The notes under the pieces were generated by a model. It did no database searches and was not told the DNA's origin. It worked only from the letters and a program-made list of their open reading frames with translations. This document shows, one piece after another, positions 1 to 12,380 of a DNA stretch of 64,000 nt. The stretch is from Mytilus edulis (taxonomy: Eukaryota). Location of the stretch: NCBI RefSeq assembly GCF_963676685.1, contig NC_092348.1, positions 67,394,001 through 67,458,000 on the forward strand, read 5' to 3'. The position numbers were made by a program, and so were the translations under genes. Within the stretch, counting starts at the first letter, position 1, and each line of letters begins with the position of its first letter.

Positions 1-481
1 CTTTAACCACAGAGTGAATGTAATGTTTCCTCGCAGAAAAACTAAGTCCATTTATAAGTAAAATACGGAAAAGTGGAAATTTATTTTTACAAAATTTTCT
101 TCTTGATACTATCTTATGATCATAAACAAGCTTCTGTCCAAGTTTGGTACAAATCAAGGATAGTTTATGAAAGTTATTAAAATTTTAAAAACTTTAACCA
201 CAGAGTGAATGTAATGTTTCCTCGCAGAAAAACTAAGTCCATTTATAAGTAAAATACGGAAAAAATGGAATTTTATTTTTACAAAACTTACTTCTGGATA
301 CTTTCTTATGATCATAAACAAGCTTCTGTCCAAGTTTGGTAGAAATTCAGTATAGTTTAAGAAAGTTATTAAAATTTCAAAAACTTTAACCACAGAGTGA
401 ATATTTGTGGACGCCGCCAACGACGACGGAATGTAGGATCGCTTAGTCTCGTTTTTTTCGACTAAAGTCGAAGGCTCGACA
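1..481. mobile_element. Helentron/HINE-like non-autonomous element, truncated by window edge
   Basis: ~191-bp core repeat (CTTTAACCACAGAGTGAAT at 1, 192, 384), then a GAC/GCC-rich tract and a terminal hairpin TTCGAC-TAAA-GTCGAA before an A-run. Confidence 0.55.
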
Positions 482-973
482 AAAAATGAGTATTATGGTT
501 TGTTGTAGAATGACAGATTAAGGGTTAACTTATAAAACCCCAAAAACTTTGTTGCAAGGCCATAAAAAAATTAGTGAACTACTGGTATTTTTTATACAAA
601 TATCACATTTATTTCTGTGTTTTTACAACTTTGATTAACAAAGAAAATCACAATTACATATAATGTTTCAAAAAATAAAACTTCTTACACCCAATAAATA
701 TTTAAATACATGAATGTGTACAGTAATACTTTTGTCTTTGCTGTTCGTTATATGCATAGTCCTAAATTCATCACATCTAAAAAGTCTTTAAAACTTGGTC
801 CAACAAACACTGACGACCTAATAAATAGTACACTATCTACAGAGGCAAGACAAAAACACAAAGAAGCTATCGTAAAATTTGTGAAAAATATGAGCTGCGA
901 TTTTTGAAATTAATTAATAATGGCTGTGACACGCAAAGGCACACAAGATGCGTCATCTAAGGTCTGAGGAATG

Positions 974-3900
974 TTATGCCCGTCCATCATCAACTCCTGC
1001 CTGTGTCATCAGATCGGCAATGTTCTTTTCAAGGTCATCAATCCGACTGCCCATATCATCTAGTAAGAATGGTTAAGGAAATAATTCCAATACAGAAATA
1101 GTTTAATAAATTGAATACATGTAAATAAATATTGATAAAACCCAATAAATTATTATTACTATATGACCATGATCAAAGTATAAATATAGGCATACATCCA
1201 AATTTTCTTGTTTGTGCAGAATGACACAAGACATTTAAAATCAAAGAAATTATCTAAATAGAAATAGGATTCAATGGTAAGAATTGTTTATTAGAAGATA
1301 TACTTCTGAAAAGTTCTCCTTGTGTTGCCCTGACATGTGTGATCATAGCACATGTTAAGCGTTGTTTCCAAACTATCAATGAAACCCTTCCATATATGGT
1401 AATCATCGTTAATCATTGTACAAAGTATATTGTTATTTTTATAACTTTTTAATGAAGTCAGACAGCAATTGAAGAAATGGGTTCCTGATTAAAAGAAAGA
1501 TTGATAAGAGAAACTTTTCGGTCTCCAAATGATGTATATTTATGGCTTTTATAAGCAAAGTTCATAAGATATTTGCCCAAGAAAGTTTTCCTTCACTGAA
1601 GCTTAATTTGGACTCCCATTGACCCGAAACATAAGTTTATTGATTTTCTGATTTTATCTAATAATAATCTGGATTGGATTTCCATGTATATTGTAAAACT
1701 CAATTTATATTCCCCTTGATGAGGTTAATGTTTTGACCATAAAGTAATAGGAATAATAAACTACTTGTTATAGAAATTCAGTAATGTCCTGCAACAGTAA
1801 TTTACTTAAACCTTAAAAGAATTGAACATTTTAGGGATTTGTCTATCACAGCTTTTTGATTTTGATTGACATTAAGTACCCTTGATTGATGATAACTGTA
1901 TTTAATGTTGTTAAATCTCCTTATCTATTAAGAAGTTATTAACAGACCATAAATGGTTTTTCACACCTGATATTAAATATCATTGATTTATGGTCAACAC
2001 AAACATTGACATGTTAGATATGTCTTGTCATGAAATTAACTTGTATCCTAATTTTATCAATTTGATTGCTGGTAAATTTCAACTTTCTTTAATAATAAAC
2101 TCATTTGATATATATGTTCCGGACCATATGAGTATTTGGACCATACACATATGCTTTTAAGAAGCTCTAGATCTCAAATATCGAAACATGATTGCAATAC
2201 ACTATATTCACAAGACAACTTAAATAAACTATGTTACTTCCAGTGCCTTCATTAAGAAAATTTTCGAATTTATTTTTTTAAGTCGACATATTGCCATTCG
2301 CTCGTTATAACAAATCGGTAATGACCATCGGTATAAAATGTGTTTATTATAGTTTTGACAAGTAAGTAAAATTAACTATGTGAAATTTCTAATTGTTATT
2401 TAGTTAATCTTTTTATTATAATATAATAATAAAATTACCTATATGATAGGTCTTTGTAATGAACGGTCATACCATATGAAGAGTTTAGAAGTATTAAAAG
2501 TAAACTGTAACAGAGTGTTAATTACCCCGACCATACGCGTACGGTCGGACCATATGAGTATATACCCATAAGGTCATGACCATATGCGTATGGTCCAAAT
2601 ACTCATATGGTCCCGAACATATACATCAGTCAGGGGACTTACTTAAATGAGTGATTTTCTAAATCACTGGTTTAAGTAACATTATTTCCATAAAAGTTGA
2701 GAGTGAGAGTTGTCTTTCTTTAATAATCACCTATTTAAGTAGTACAAATTAATCACTAGAAGAAGTGATTTAATCTTATTGTAGCTTTAAATATAGAATA
2801 CAAATGATCCAGGGTAATTATGTTTCTAAACTTATCAGAACCAACATCTGTGTTGTCTAGGATGACCAGGTCATTTCAGGTGATGACCTTGTACTGAATC
2901 TAGGATAATGACATTAAAATCACTCAATTTCCTTCCCAAAAATCACTTATTTAAGTATCATTATTTTAATAACCCCCACTAATTTCCACAACCCGAACAG
3001 TGAAATGTTTATCCTGAACAGTAGAATTTTATTACATAATCTGAAAGATGAAACCTTGAACTTTACAGGAAAAATACTCCCACTGCTGGGAAAAATCTGT
3101 TAAGAAAGTATCAGTTCATTATGTAAAGCCATTATTATAGCATTTTTTCAAATAAAATAGAATTTTCAGATAAATGATAAAATCTAAGGCATAAACCTTG
3201 CTACTTAAAAGAAGCAAAAAGTTCATGTTTTTCAATTTTACTAATTAAAAGATATTACTTAAACCTATGTGTTTAAAATTTTGAAAAAAACTACAAAATC
3301 CCAATTTGTGACAAAACTTTGAATTTGCTACTCAAATAAGTGATTTAAAAATCACTTATTTCAGTAAGTACCCTGACTGTACATTAAGTCATTACCCTTA
3401 GTTTAATATAATATATAGTATACATGTTATATAGTATATATAGCTAAAATCTGAAAAAAATATTATATGCATATAGAAAAGGTTTGTCATGGTAATGAAT
3501 AATTTCTTTTTAATTTTTTATAAACATGATGGTCATCCTGTGTTTTAACAATTTCAAAGACTATCTTGTAAGAGGTAAACTAATAAAAAGGATATTTCTA
3601 TTGATGATCTGGTCTGACATTCCCTGGAATTTGTCCTGCATATTTTGTAGAAGATTTTGTACCTGAAATGAAAAAAAAAATTATGATTACACTTGCAGTC
3701 AATCATCATCAACTAACTTTGATCTAAAACATTTTATTTCAGTGGTTAAGTTAACTTGTATTGAGTTGAATATCTCAAAAGAGTTGAATATCTCAACAAA
3801 AATTACACATCTCTTTTCTGCATCATGTTCAGTGTGGTTTTGTTCAATCTCGTAAGAGTAACACATGTCTTCTACCATCTACTCGGTTAATTTGTGTGCT

Positions 3901-6900
3901 ATTTTAGTGTTTATTTACTACAGATTTGTAGGCATCAAATTAAAAAAAAAACAAGTGCTTATATTTTGCATCCCTAAGAAATGAACTCACTGAAATCAAG
4001 ATTAAATAAGGTATATTTTTTTTATAAATGCCTCATTGAAAAGGCCTATTTTTTGTACATCCAAAACATCTGATACACATCCAACTTTTTGTGAGACCCA
4101 AAGCTTTAGCTTATGTTTTTGTGAACATTCTTTGTTTGTATGCATTGTTTGATCTTGGAGAGAACCCTGCCCCCCCCCCTCCCCCTTTTGTGGGAAAATA
4201 TTTTTTTTTGTTAATTATATAGGGAAACACTGAAACATGACTGAAGCGGACCCCTCTAATGACAGTCAGTGTCTCCCCCCTTTTTACAAAAAGTTCTGGA
4301 TCCACCACCGGTCTGTATTACTGCGGAGTGTTAAATTTACATGTATGTACCGGTATGTTATGTACATGTACTCTAGAATTTGATTGTTAACCCTCCACAT
4401 AATAAGTGAGTTCAGAATCACTTGTTATTTTTTTCTGTTACTTAATTCATGCAATGTATATATACATTCTAAAGTCAAGGGAATGTACATGTACAAATGT
4501 ATCTGGGATAATTACTTTTGATCAAATTAATATAATACTCCTGACCTACATGTACCATGAAGCCTACAGACTACAGCAATTAAAGTCAAGTGAAATATAC
4601 TGTTTTATATCAGACTGAGTATAAATCAATTCTTTTCTGAGTTATATTTGCTAATAAATAAATCATCAACGTATGTAAACTTAAATTAACAAAATCAATT
4701 ATTACTTTAAAATTTACAAAAATGTACAGATCTATAGAATACTTTCCATTTTTGCTGTTTAGCAATTGTGCTTTAAAATTGTAGGTACATGTACATGTAT
4801 AGAAGCTTAGTAGTGGTGGATCCAGGGGCGTCTGAGAGGGGCGTAGACCTCCATTTGGTTGCCCCAAAATTAATTATATATATATATCATGTTTTTCTCA
4901 ATACTTTTATTATTTTTATCAGCATAAAATCAATAGTCTAGCATGTCTAGAACAAAAATTAATATCTGTACAATAATAAACCAACCAATACTTATTAATC
5001 TGTCTAATTTTGACATGTGAAGTGTTTTAAATAAACCATGCTTTCAACAAGTAGATTAAATCTAAATTTGATATCTCAGTTTTCATCTATTAAATACATG
5101 CCAAGACAAGAACTGTGAACAATGTCTATGTTTTCACATTATAAATATTTAATTACATAGTTTACAATTTCTTATTTCATGTATTTATTTATTAAAATCA
5201 ATATAGTTTTGCAAGTACAATGTAAAGGACTTCATTGTTTGGAACTGATCAGTTGTTTATTACACAGTGTTATGCATGATTAGTTTCATATCAATAATTT
5301 AGTCATGTTACACGGAAATTTTGGCTTACTCTGCAAAAAATATGCATTTACATTAAATTACAATGCACTGAGTTAAGAATTTTCTATATCAAATCTATGA
5401 GGGTCTAAATCAGAAGTCATTCATTTACAAATGTAGCTTTTCTCTAATTATAAAGCCATTTCTCTCTATTCTTCATAGATTGGGTCAGATTTTTCTCTAT
5501 TCCTTGATTTTTGGCCTATTTTTCTCTATTATTTGTTTTTTTACCCATTTTTTCCATAGTCTATGTTCCATTATTCTCTATAATTGTAATCCCCACCATG
5601 AACCTCATAAAAGCATTGAATTAAATTGGATACATAAACTTGTGCATGTTGATTCTATTGACAAAGTAAATGGTGGTATTACTATGTATTATGTGAACTG
5701 AAATAAATTGCAACAACAAAAGCTTGCCATTGTCAAATAAAAGTTAAAAGGTGCTTTATTTTCATTTCTGAGTTCAAAATTTAATGAATTTTTTGTTTGA
5801 CTTTTAAAGATCAATAATCTTTACATACAATCCACTTATGTTACATTTAAATGGAATATTTCAACAGGGTTTAGGTTCTCTACAATAGTATTTCGTACAC
5901 ACAATCTAATAAGTGTATTGTAACATTAGACTTAATTTTTTTCATGAATTTAAAATAAGAAGTAACAGGTATTCAGGGGTAAAAAACAATCTTTTCTAGT
6001 GTTATTTTTGTTTTTCTAGAAAATTGAATTATCTACTGACATGACAGATAAAGAAGTGTCTTTTTAGATATTGCTACAGGTCTGTTTTCAATATAAAAAT
6101 CTAGAATGGCTTTAATGTTTACTAGTTGTAAAGTAAAATCAACTCTACTCATTATTATCATGATTATTCCATAATTTTATTAACATAAAACATGTACCAT
6201 GTGATCATTTCAAAAAGACACAATGTATATTTTTTTGTACATACAATTTATATGTTACATTGTACCTTTATGAACAGGATAAATTTATTAATAACTTTTT
6301 ATCAAATGATGACATCATTAATTTTACCTTTTGAACTTGAAGGGATATTAATGTAAATTAAACAAGTTGTACATGTATGACAAAATACATTGTACAAATG
6401 AAATGTATGCAAAATTCAAGTCACAATTGAGTCACCAGAACTTCAAAACAGCATAAATGAGTCATACATGTACATGTATTCTAAATTCTGCATAAAGCCA
6501 AAGAAAAATAAAGTTGTGTTGAAATGCCACTGTACCTAAGCTTAATGTTCATGCTTAGTGATCTATATTGTACATGTAACAGCAGTGTATCCAGAACTTT
6601 TTATAAGGGGGAGGGGGCACTGACTGCTAAAAGAGGGGGCCGACTACAGTCATGCTCCAGTGATTATATGTAATCAACCAAACTTTTTCTACGAAAGTTG
6701 AGAGGGCACCCCAGCCTCCATGGATCAGCCTTTCTGCAAACATATACATGTAAGTGAATAAGAATTTACTTACAATGTATGAGCCTAACTGGTGCTGAGG
6801 CTACTGCTTTTATCAAGATCAAATGTGCAATATTGAGTCAATGAATTATTTTAAACATTAAAATATATCAACATAATCAAATGACTTTGAATGCAAAAAG

Positions 6901-8337
6901 TACAAATGTTTAGCTTATGGTAAAAGGGGTGATGTTCTATTATAGATTCTTAGCAGAATGCCTTAATCCCCTTTTAAGTCATTTTGGAAGACTATTAATT
7001 AGGCCATAAAATATAATAAATAATAGGTTTGTTTGCCCAAACGCTACCTACCCAGAAAAAAGCTGCCTACTCAAATTCTTATATTGTCCTGATTTGAAGA
7101 AGTTTTTTTTTTAATCAAATAGGCATGAAGACTAATAAACATCTGATACATTAATTTGTACTTCAATTTCTTTTTAAAAAAAAATTAAAAATTCCTACCT
7201 ACATTTTGTCTCAACCTTTGGATAGGGTTTGGGCAAACCAAAATATTTTTTAAGTGTGGCCTTATTGCTAGGGAAAAGACATTCTTTAAGTGATGCTCTA
7301 GGTAGAAATTGAAAGGAACAAGAGGATATGACATGTAGTACATGTATGACGTAGAGGTAGAAATCCTGATCATGAAAGCTTTTAAAATAGGCAGTGGCTT
7401 TTTTACCATCTCTGATTTAAATATCCTTATTCAAACCGGCAAAATAGCCACTACCTTTCATGCCTTTAAAATAATTGTGATATCTTGAAATGCCATAGTT
7501 AAGGATAGGAATAGGCCATAGGGGGTACCTTCATGATGAAAAACGGTCAAAATTTTTGTCAATAGACGTTAACAGTCATTTTTGGTGAATGATGATTTAT
7601 ATGTATACATAAAATGTACACATTCTTTTAGACGATAACATAATTGACTGATTTTAATGCATGAGGTCTTCCAAAAATGACACTTATGATAATTATTTGA
7701 GACCTCTGACGAAACAGGATAAGGATATTTTGACGAATCACAGTAAAATTTTAATCAATTTGAAGCTAACAGTTACTGAAAATGACCGTTTGACGTGTCC
7801 GACTGTAAAAGGCATTTATCATGTTTATACCATGTATACTACCCTCATAAACTTGAGTTCATGCACTTTCCTGTAAATCTCATATGTTACAATGCTTAAA
7901 CAAATGTTACTACATCAGTTTTACTGTTTAAGAGGCTATTGGTTGATGACTTAGTTTACACCAATTGACATAATGATTGACCTCATGTGTAAATTATTAA
8001 TAAAAAAACTACTTGAGATTGGTGAATTTTTATAATGGTTATTATCTTGAACAAGGGCAAAATCTTCAAGAAACATATATCTATTTGGACTAGCCATTCA
8101 AATTGCTGTCAATGATAAGGGGAAATCATTAATATTATCAGGATTTTGTTGTAGAAAAAATGTAGTTGTCACAAGTTCAAGTTGAAACATGAATTGAATG
8201 ATTTGAATATGCAAAATTGCAAAATCACAACCCACTCAAATCGATCTTGTTAATGAAAATATACTTACAAAAGCTGTTAGATCTTGAACATTTTTAGGAT
8301 CAGAACCACTGGACATATAATCTTTGCCTGTTTCCAT
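974..8337 (-). CDS. HSBP1: Heat shock factor binding protein 1, 74 aa, 3 coding exons
   Basis: Exons 8337-8269, 3662-3596, 1062-974 join in frame to [74 protein letters not shown], the HSBP1 coiled-coil signature; intron 1 GT-AG, intron 2 AT-AC. Confidence 0.95.
2115..2619. mobile_element. MITE with TGT...ACA termini (Ginger-like)
   Basis: TIR TGTTCCGGACCATATGAGTATTTGGACCATA / TATGGTCCAAATACTCATATGGTCCCGAACA; TATA on both sides. Confidence 0.7.
2627..3379. mobile_element. MITE with CAG termini and 5-bp TSD (hAT5-like)
   Basis: TIR CAGTCAGGG(G/T)ACTTACT; TACAT duplicated at 2622-2626 and 3380-3384; internal AATCACT/AGTGATT repeats. Confidence 0.7.
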
Positions 8338-8475
8338 TTTAGTGTTATTCTTTCAAAGGAAAATATAAACAGGAAGACGGAAATTGTTGACAATCAAGCT
8401 TTATAGTGTATTTTCGGAACACTTCGGAAAGTATCATTAGACTGACGAGTACTGTCCCCTTGAGTTACAAGTAAT

Positions 8476-8486
8476 TTTGGCGGGAA
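8476..8486. promoter_or_regulatory. E2F-like site in the putative HSBP1 promoter
   Basis: TTTGGCGGGAA about 140 bp upstream of the HSBP1 ATG, near several CGGAA (ETS-like) words; motif match only. Confidence 0.25.
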
Positions 8487-8802
8487 TTTATAAAATTCAT
8501 CAAGCATGCAAAGTTGCGACCCGCCTCAGACCACACGTGTATATGTGTGTGTGTGGGGGGGGGGGGGGGGGGGGGGGCTTATCCCGAAATCCCGGGCTTA
8601 TAAACAGGTCCCGAATTTAAAGAAATTTAAATCCTGACATCCTGACGAAATTCGAAAAAAAAGAATCCAGGATCCATCCCGAAATCCCGAGCTTAATTAA
8701 AAACACCCGATCCGGAGTACCGATGAAGGTCCACCCCACCCCCTCTGCCACGTGTGGCAGAGGCGGATTTTTTGGTGGGGCATTGACTCCCATTTGTGAA
8801 GA

Positions 8803-9240
8803 AAGGAGTAGGTCCGGTAAGACCCCTTTTTGGCCCAAAAATATAGCAGTTTTACAAAATTGTTAAAATGTAAACGTTTAGTTATTTATTGGACAGTAGA
8901 ATGCTTCTGCTACATAAATATGGGCTGTTTTTTACAATACAATGCACATATATCGGGTACTAGCCCCATTAAGTCATGCTAAATTACTGAAATCTTCACA
9001 ATTCTAGCATTTTAGTTAAATTTTAGACGGTTTTCGTGTAAAACGAAAGTGGCCGCATTCGTGTTCATCCTTAATATTGAAATGTAAGTCGTATTTTATG
9101 ATAATTACATAACATATATAAAGGTTGAGGATGAACACGGATGCGGCCACTTTCATTTTTGACAAAAATCATCTGAAAAGTGACATTTTTCGGCATATTT
9201 GGTAGATTTTTCATATATAAGCTTGAATCTGAGCGTTTGG
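8803..9240. repeat. Partial copy of a dispersed DNA-element family (also nested copies at ~24130-24893)
   Basis: AAGGAGTAGGTCCGGTAAG start, near-identical to 24315-24740; internal inverted pair AAAGTGGCCGCATTCGTGTTCATCCT / AGGATGAACACGGATGCGGCCACTTT. Confidence 0.6.
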
Positions 9241-9422
9241 GGAGGTTGTATCATGGTTTGAACTACTTTGTTGCTAAGTTTGGAGCCTCATATATAAAAC
9301 AAAGTCAATTAAATCTCACACAGAAATATAATACATCGCTCGACAATTTTTTAAAAGAAAACGTCAAGTTATTCTCATAATATAAAATAAAAAGGTAATT
9401 GAAGCTTTAGAACACAGATTAA

Positions 9423-9813
9423 TATGGTGGCCGGTTAAGGCCATTTCGCGTTTTCGCGTTTTCGCCCATCATATTATATAGGGCGAAAACGCGAAAACGC
9501 GAAATCGCGAAGTCGAAAACGCGAAAACGCGAAGTCGAAAACGCGAAAACGCGAAGTCGAAAACGCGAAAACGCGAAATATTTTTTCTTTCCGATTTCGC
9601 GTTTTCGACTTCGCGTTTTCGACTTCGCGTTTTCGCGTTTTCGCGTTTTCGACTTCGCGATTTCGCGTTTTCGCCTTTTCGCGTTTTCGCCTTTTCGCGT
9701 TTTCGCGATTTCGCGTTTTCGCCTTTTCGCGATTTCGCCTTTTCGCGTTTTCGCGATTTCGCGATTTCGCCTTTTCGCGTTTTCGCGATTTCGCGTTTTC
9801 GCCTTTTCGCCTT
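9423..9813 (-). repeat. CGCGAAAA-family fold-back terminal module, copy 1
   Basis: 8-mer variants CGCGAAAA/CGCGAAAT/GGCGAAAA and CGCGAAGTCGAAAA in alternating-orientation blocks. Confidence 0.9.
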
Positions 9814-9868
9814 AAATTATAGGTATATTGATCCAATATCCACCCGTTTATAGTATGGATCACATTTC

Positions 9869-10367
9869 TATGGTGGCCGGTTAAGGCCATTTCGCGTTTT
9901 CGCGTTTTCGCGTTTTCGCCCATCATATTATATAGGGCGAAAACGCGAAAACGCGAAATCGCGAAGTCGAAAACGCGAAAACGCGAAGTCGAAAACGCGA
10001 AAACGCGAAAACGCGAAGTCGAAAACGCGAAAACGCGAAGTCGAAAACGCGAAAACGCGAAATTTTTTTTCTTTCCGATTTCGCGTTTTCGACTTCGCGT
10101 TTTCGCGTTTTCGACTTCGCGTTTTCGCGTTTTCGCGTTTTCGACTTCGCGATTTCGCGTTTTCGCCTTTTCGCGTTTTCGCCTTTTCGCCTTTTCGCGT
10201 TTTCGCGATTTCGCGTTTTCGCGTTTTCGCGTTTTCGCGATTTCGCGATTTCGCGATTTCGCGTTTTCGCGTTTTCGCGATTTCGCGTTTTCGCGTTTTC
10301 GCGATTTCGCGTTTTCGCGTTTTCGCGTTTTCGCGATTTCGCGTTTTCGCCTTTTCGCGATTTCGTG
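9869..10367 (-). repeat. CGCGAAAA-family fold-back terminal module, copy 2
   Basis: Same layout as copy 1, more units. Confidence 0.9.
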
Positions 10368-10462
10368 TTTTATATACCAATACATATTCTTAGTATTTGA
10401 CTTTATTTCATAATCTATTTTGTTCAATTAAATATTTTATCATAAATATTTGTTGTTTTTTA

Positions 10463-10610
10463 AGGTGTTTCGGTTAAGGTTTAACTACCAAGGCTTTTCC
10501 TCATCAGGTATCCCAAGCCTCTAACTAATAAAATAATCAGTTTCAAAGTAAAGTTCAAAGCATCCATACGCATAGAATTTAAAAATTCTGCATACCGGGA
10601 TACGACACCT
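10463..10610 (-). ncRNA. Type III hammerhead ribozyme (predicted)
   Basis: Minus strand: AGGUGU-C cut GUAUCCC ...long loop I... GGGAUAC-CUGAUGA-GG...CC-GAAACACCU; stem III AGGUGU/ACACCU, stem I GUAUCCC/GGGAUAC, GUC triplet; possible loop-loop pairing AGGCUU/AAGCCU; stem II is short. Confidence 0.78.
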
Positions 10611-10712
10611 GGTAACTTTGTATTGATGTATTGTATTCTAAATTAAATCAGTTTATGATTTGATATAACCATTGTCTTTTATGTTGTGATTTATCCTATA
10701 ACTTGGTTTATC

Positions 10713-11345
10713 CTATAACTTGGAGGATGTAAGTAGATCCTTCAAGTTTTTGTGTCTTTTATATGCTATGATCGGAGGTTTTGGAAACATGGTTTTTGTG
10801 CTATCATTTTGTTCAATTAGGTGCCAATGTTTTTTAATTGCTTTATTTAGTCCATTGAAGGAAGGATTAAATTTGGTGGCTAAAACAAATGGAGGCATTG
10901 CTCTTTTGTTTTTAAGCTTGTACCTTAGACAATCTTTTCTTTCCTTATGAAGTGCATTTGTTATAATGGGGTTGATATCTTTTTCCGAGTATCCCCTTTG
11001 GAGAAGTTTTGTTTTAAAAGTTTCAATTTCTTTTAGTGTATCTTTTATGCATTTTTCTACCTAGTTCGGCAAAATCTCGTAAGAGATTTTGTTTTGTTTA
11101 ATGTATTTTACATCAGGACTGGGAATAAATTTTAATCCCTTTGCAAGAACTAATATTTCATAGTTTGTGAGATTCTCACGTGAAAACACTTCTATATAGT
11201 TTAAAGCTTTTTTTACATTTTCATGAAAGTGTTTTGTGCGTTTAAGATGGCCTTTGTTATTATTATGTATACGGAGTTTACTTTTGTATTTTATTAATCG
11301 TTTTTTCTTATCCCTTTTTCTGAGAGATCTTTTTCTATTACTCAT
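10713..11345 (-). pseudogene. Internally deleted Penelope-like reverse transcriptase ORF (N-terminus fused to thumb/C-terminus)
   Basis: N-terminal NLTNYEILVLAKGLKFIPSP and (after a CAAAA duplication frameshift) LLRDFAELGRKM joined near 11049 to FKTKLLQRGY...KKHWHLI...PPIIAYKRHKNLKDLLTSSKL*; RT core absent. Confidence 0.8.
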
Positions 11346-11583
11346 AGTAATTTATTTGTATAAATTTGTTTTGTGACAAAACTATTTTGTTTGTTTGTAT
11401 AATTATTTCAACTCTAATTGAGAGATGAAATGAATATATATGAACTTCAACTCTATTTGAGAGATGAAATGTATTTTATTAATTCTACTCTATTTGAGAG
11501 ATGAATTGATTTGTATTTTGTTTAAATCTATTTCAAAAATTATACATTGTATATGTAAACTCTGTTGAAGTGTTTGTTCACTT

Positions 11584-11724
11584 GTATCCCGGTATGCAGA
11601 ATTTTTAAATTCTGTGCGTATGGATGCTTTGAACTTTACTTTGAAACTGATTATTTTATTAGTTAGAGGCTTGGGATACCTGATGAGGAAAAGCCTTGGT
11701 AGTTAAACCTTAACCGAAACACCT
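11584..11724 (+). ncRNA. 3' cleavage-product copy of the type III hammerhead (lacks 5' strand of stem III and GUC)
   Basis: Homology to 10603-10463 begins at GTATCCC (11584), preceded by unrelated TTCACTT instead of AGGTGTC. Confidence 0.75.
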
Positions 11725-11816
11725 TAAAAAACAACAAATATTTATGATAAAATATTGAATTGAACAAAATAGATTATGAAATAAAGTCAAATACTAAGAA
11801 TATGTATTGGTATATA

Positions 11817-12374
11817 AAACACGAAATCGCGAAAAGGCGAAAACGCGAAATCGCGAAAACGCGAAAACGCGAAAACGCGAAATCGCGAAAACGCGAAAAC
11901 GCGAAATCGCGAAAACGCGAAAACGCGAAATCGCGAAAACGCGAAATCGCGAAAACGCGAAAACGCGAAATCGCGAAAACGCGAAATCGCGAAATCGCGA
12001 AAACGCGAAATCGCGAAAACGCGAAATCGCGAAAACGCGAAATCGCGAAAACGCGAAAAGGCGAAAACGCGAAAAGGCGAAAACGCGAAATCGCGAAGTC
12101 GAAAACGCGAAAACGCGAAAACGCGAAGTCGAAAACGCGAAAACGCGAAGTCGAAAACGCGAAATCGGAAAGAAAAAATATTTCGCGTTTTCGCGTTTTC
12201 GACTTCGCGTTTTCGCGTTTTCGACTTCGCGTTTTCGCGTTTTCGCGTTTTCGACTTCGCGTTTTCGCGTTTTCGACTTCGCGATTTCGCGTTTTCGCGT
12301 TTTCGCCCTATATAATATGATGGGCGAAAACGCGAAAACGCGAAAACGCGAAATGGCCTTAACCGGCCACCATA
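11817..12374 (+). repeat. CGCGAAAA-family fold-back terminal module, copy 3
   Basis: Longest of the four copies; ends GGCCTTAACCGGCCACCATA. Confidence 0.9.
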
Positions 12375-12380
12375 CATTTC

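Larger units (their letters stand above)
1063..3595 (-). other. U12-type (minor spliceosome) AT-AC intron of HSBP1
   Basis: 5' site ATATCCTTTT at 3595-3586, branch site TTCCTTAAC at 1080-1072, 3' end AC at 1064-1063; splicing restores the codon A|TA. Confidence 0.92.
9869..12374 (-). mobile_element. Inner Penelope-like element (element A) nested in the left arm of element B
   Basis: Same termini as element B; CATTTC duplicated at 9863-9868 and 12375-12380; arms 9869-10603 and 11584-12374 are inverted copies; internally deleted PLE RT between them. Confidence 0.85.

Noticed and set aside
11708-12365. CCTTAACCG shared by hammerhead stem II and the element terminus as a telomere-like template
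   Set aside because: Only a 9-nt match, not TTAGGG-complementary, and absent from the type I ribozyme; insufficient support
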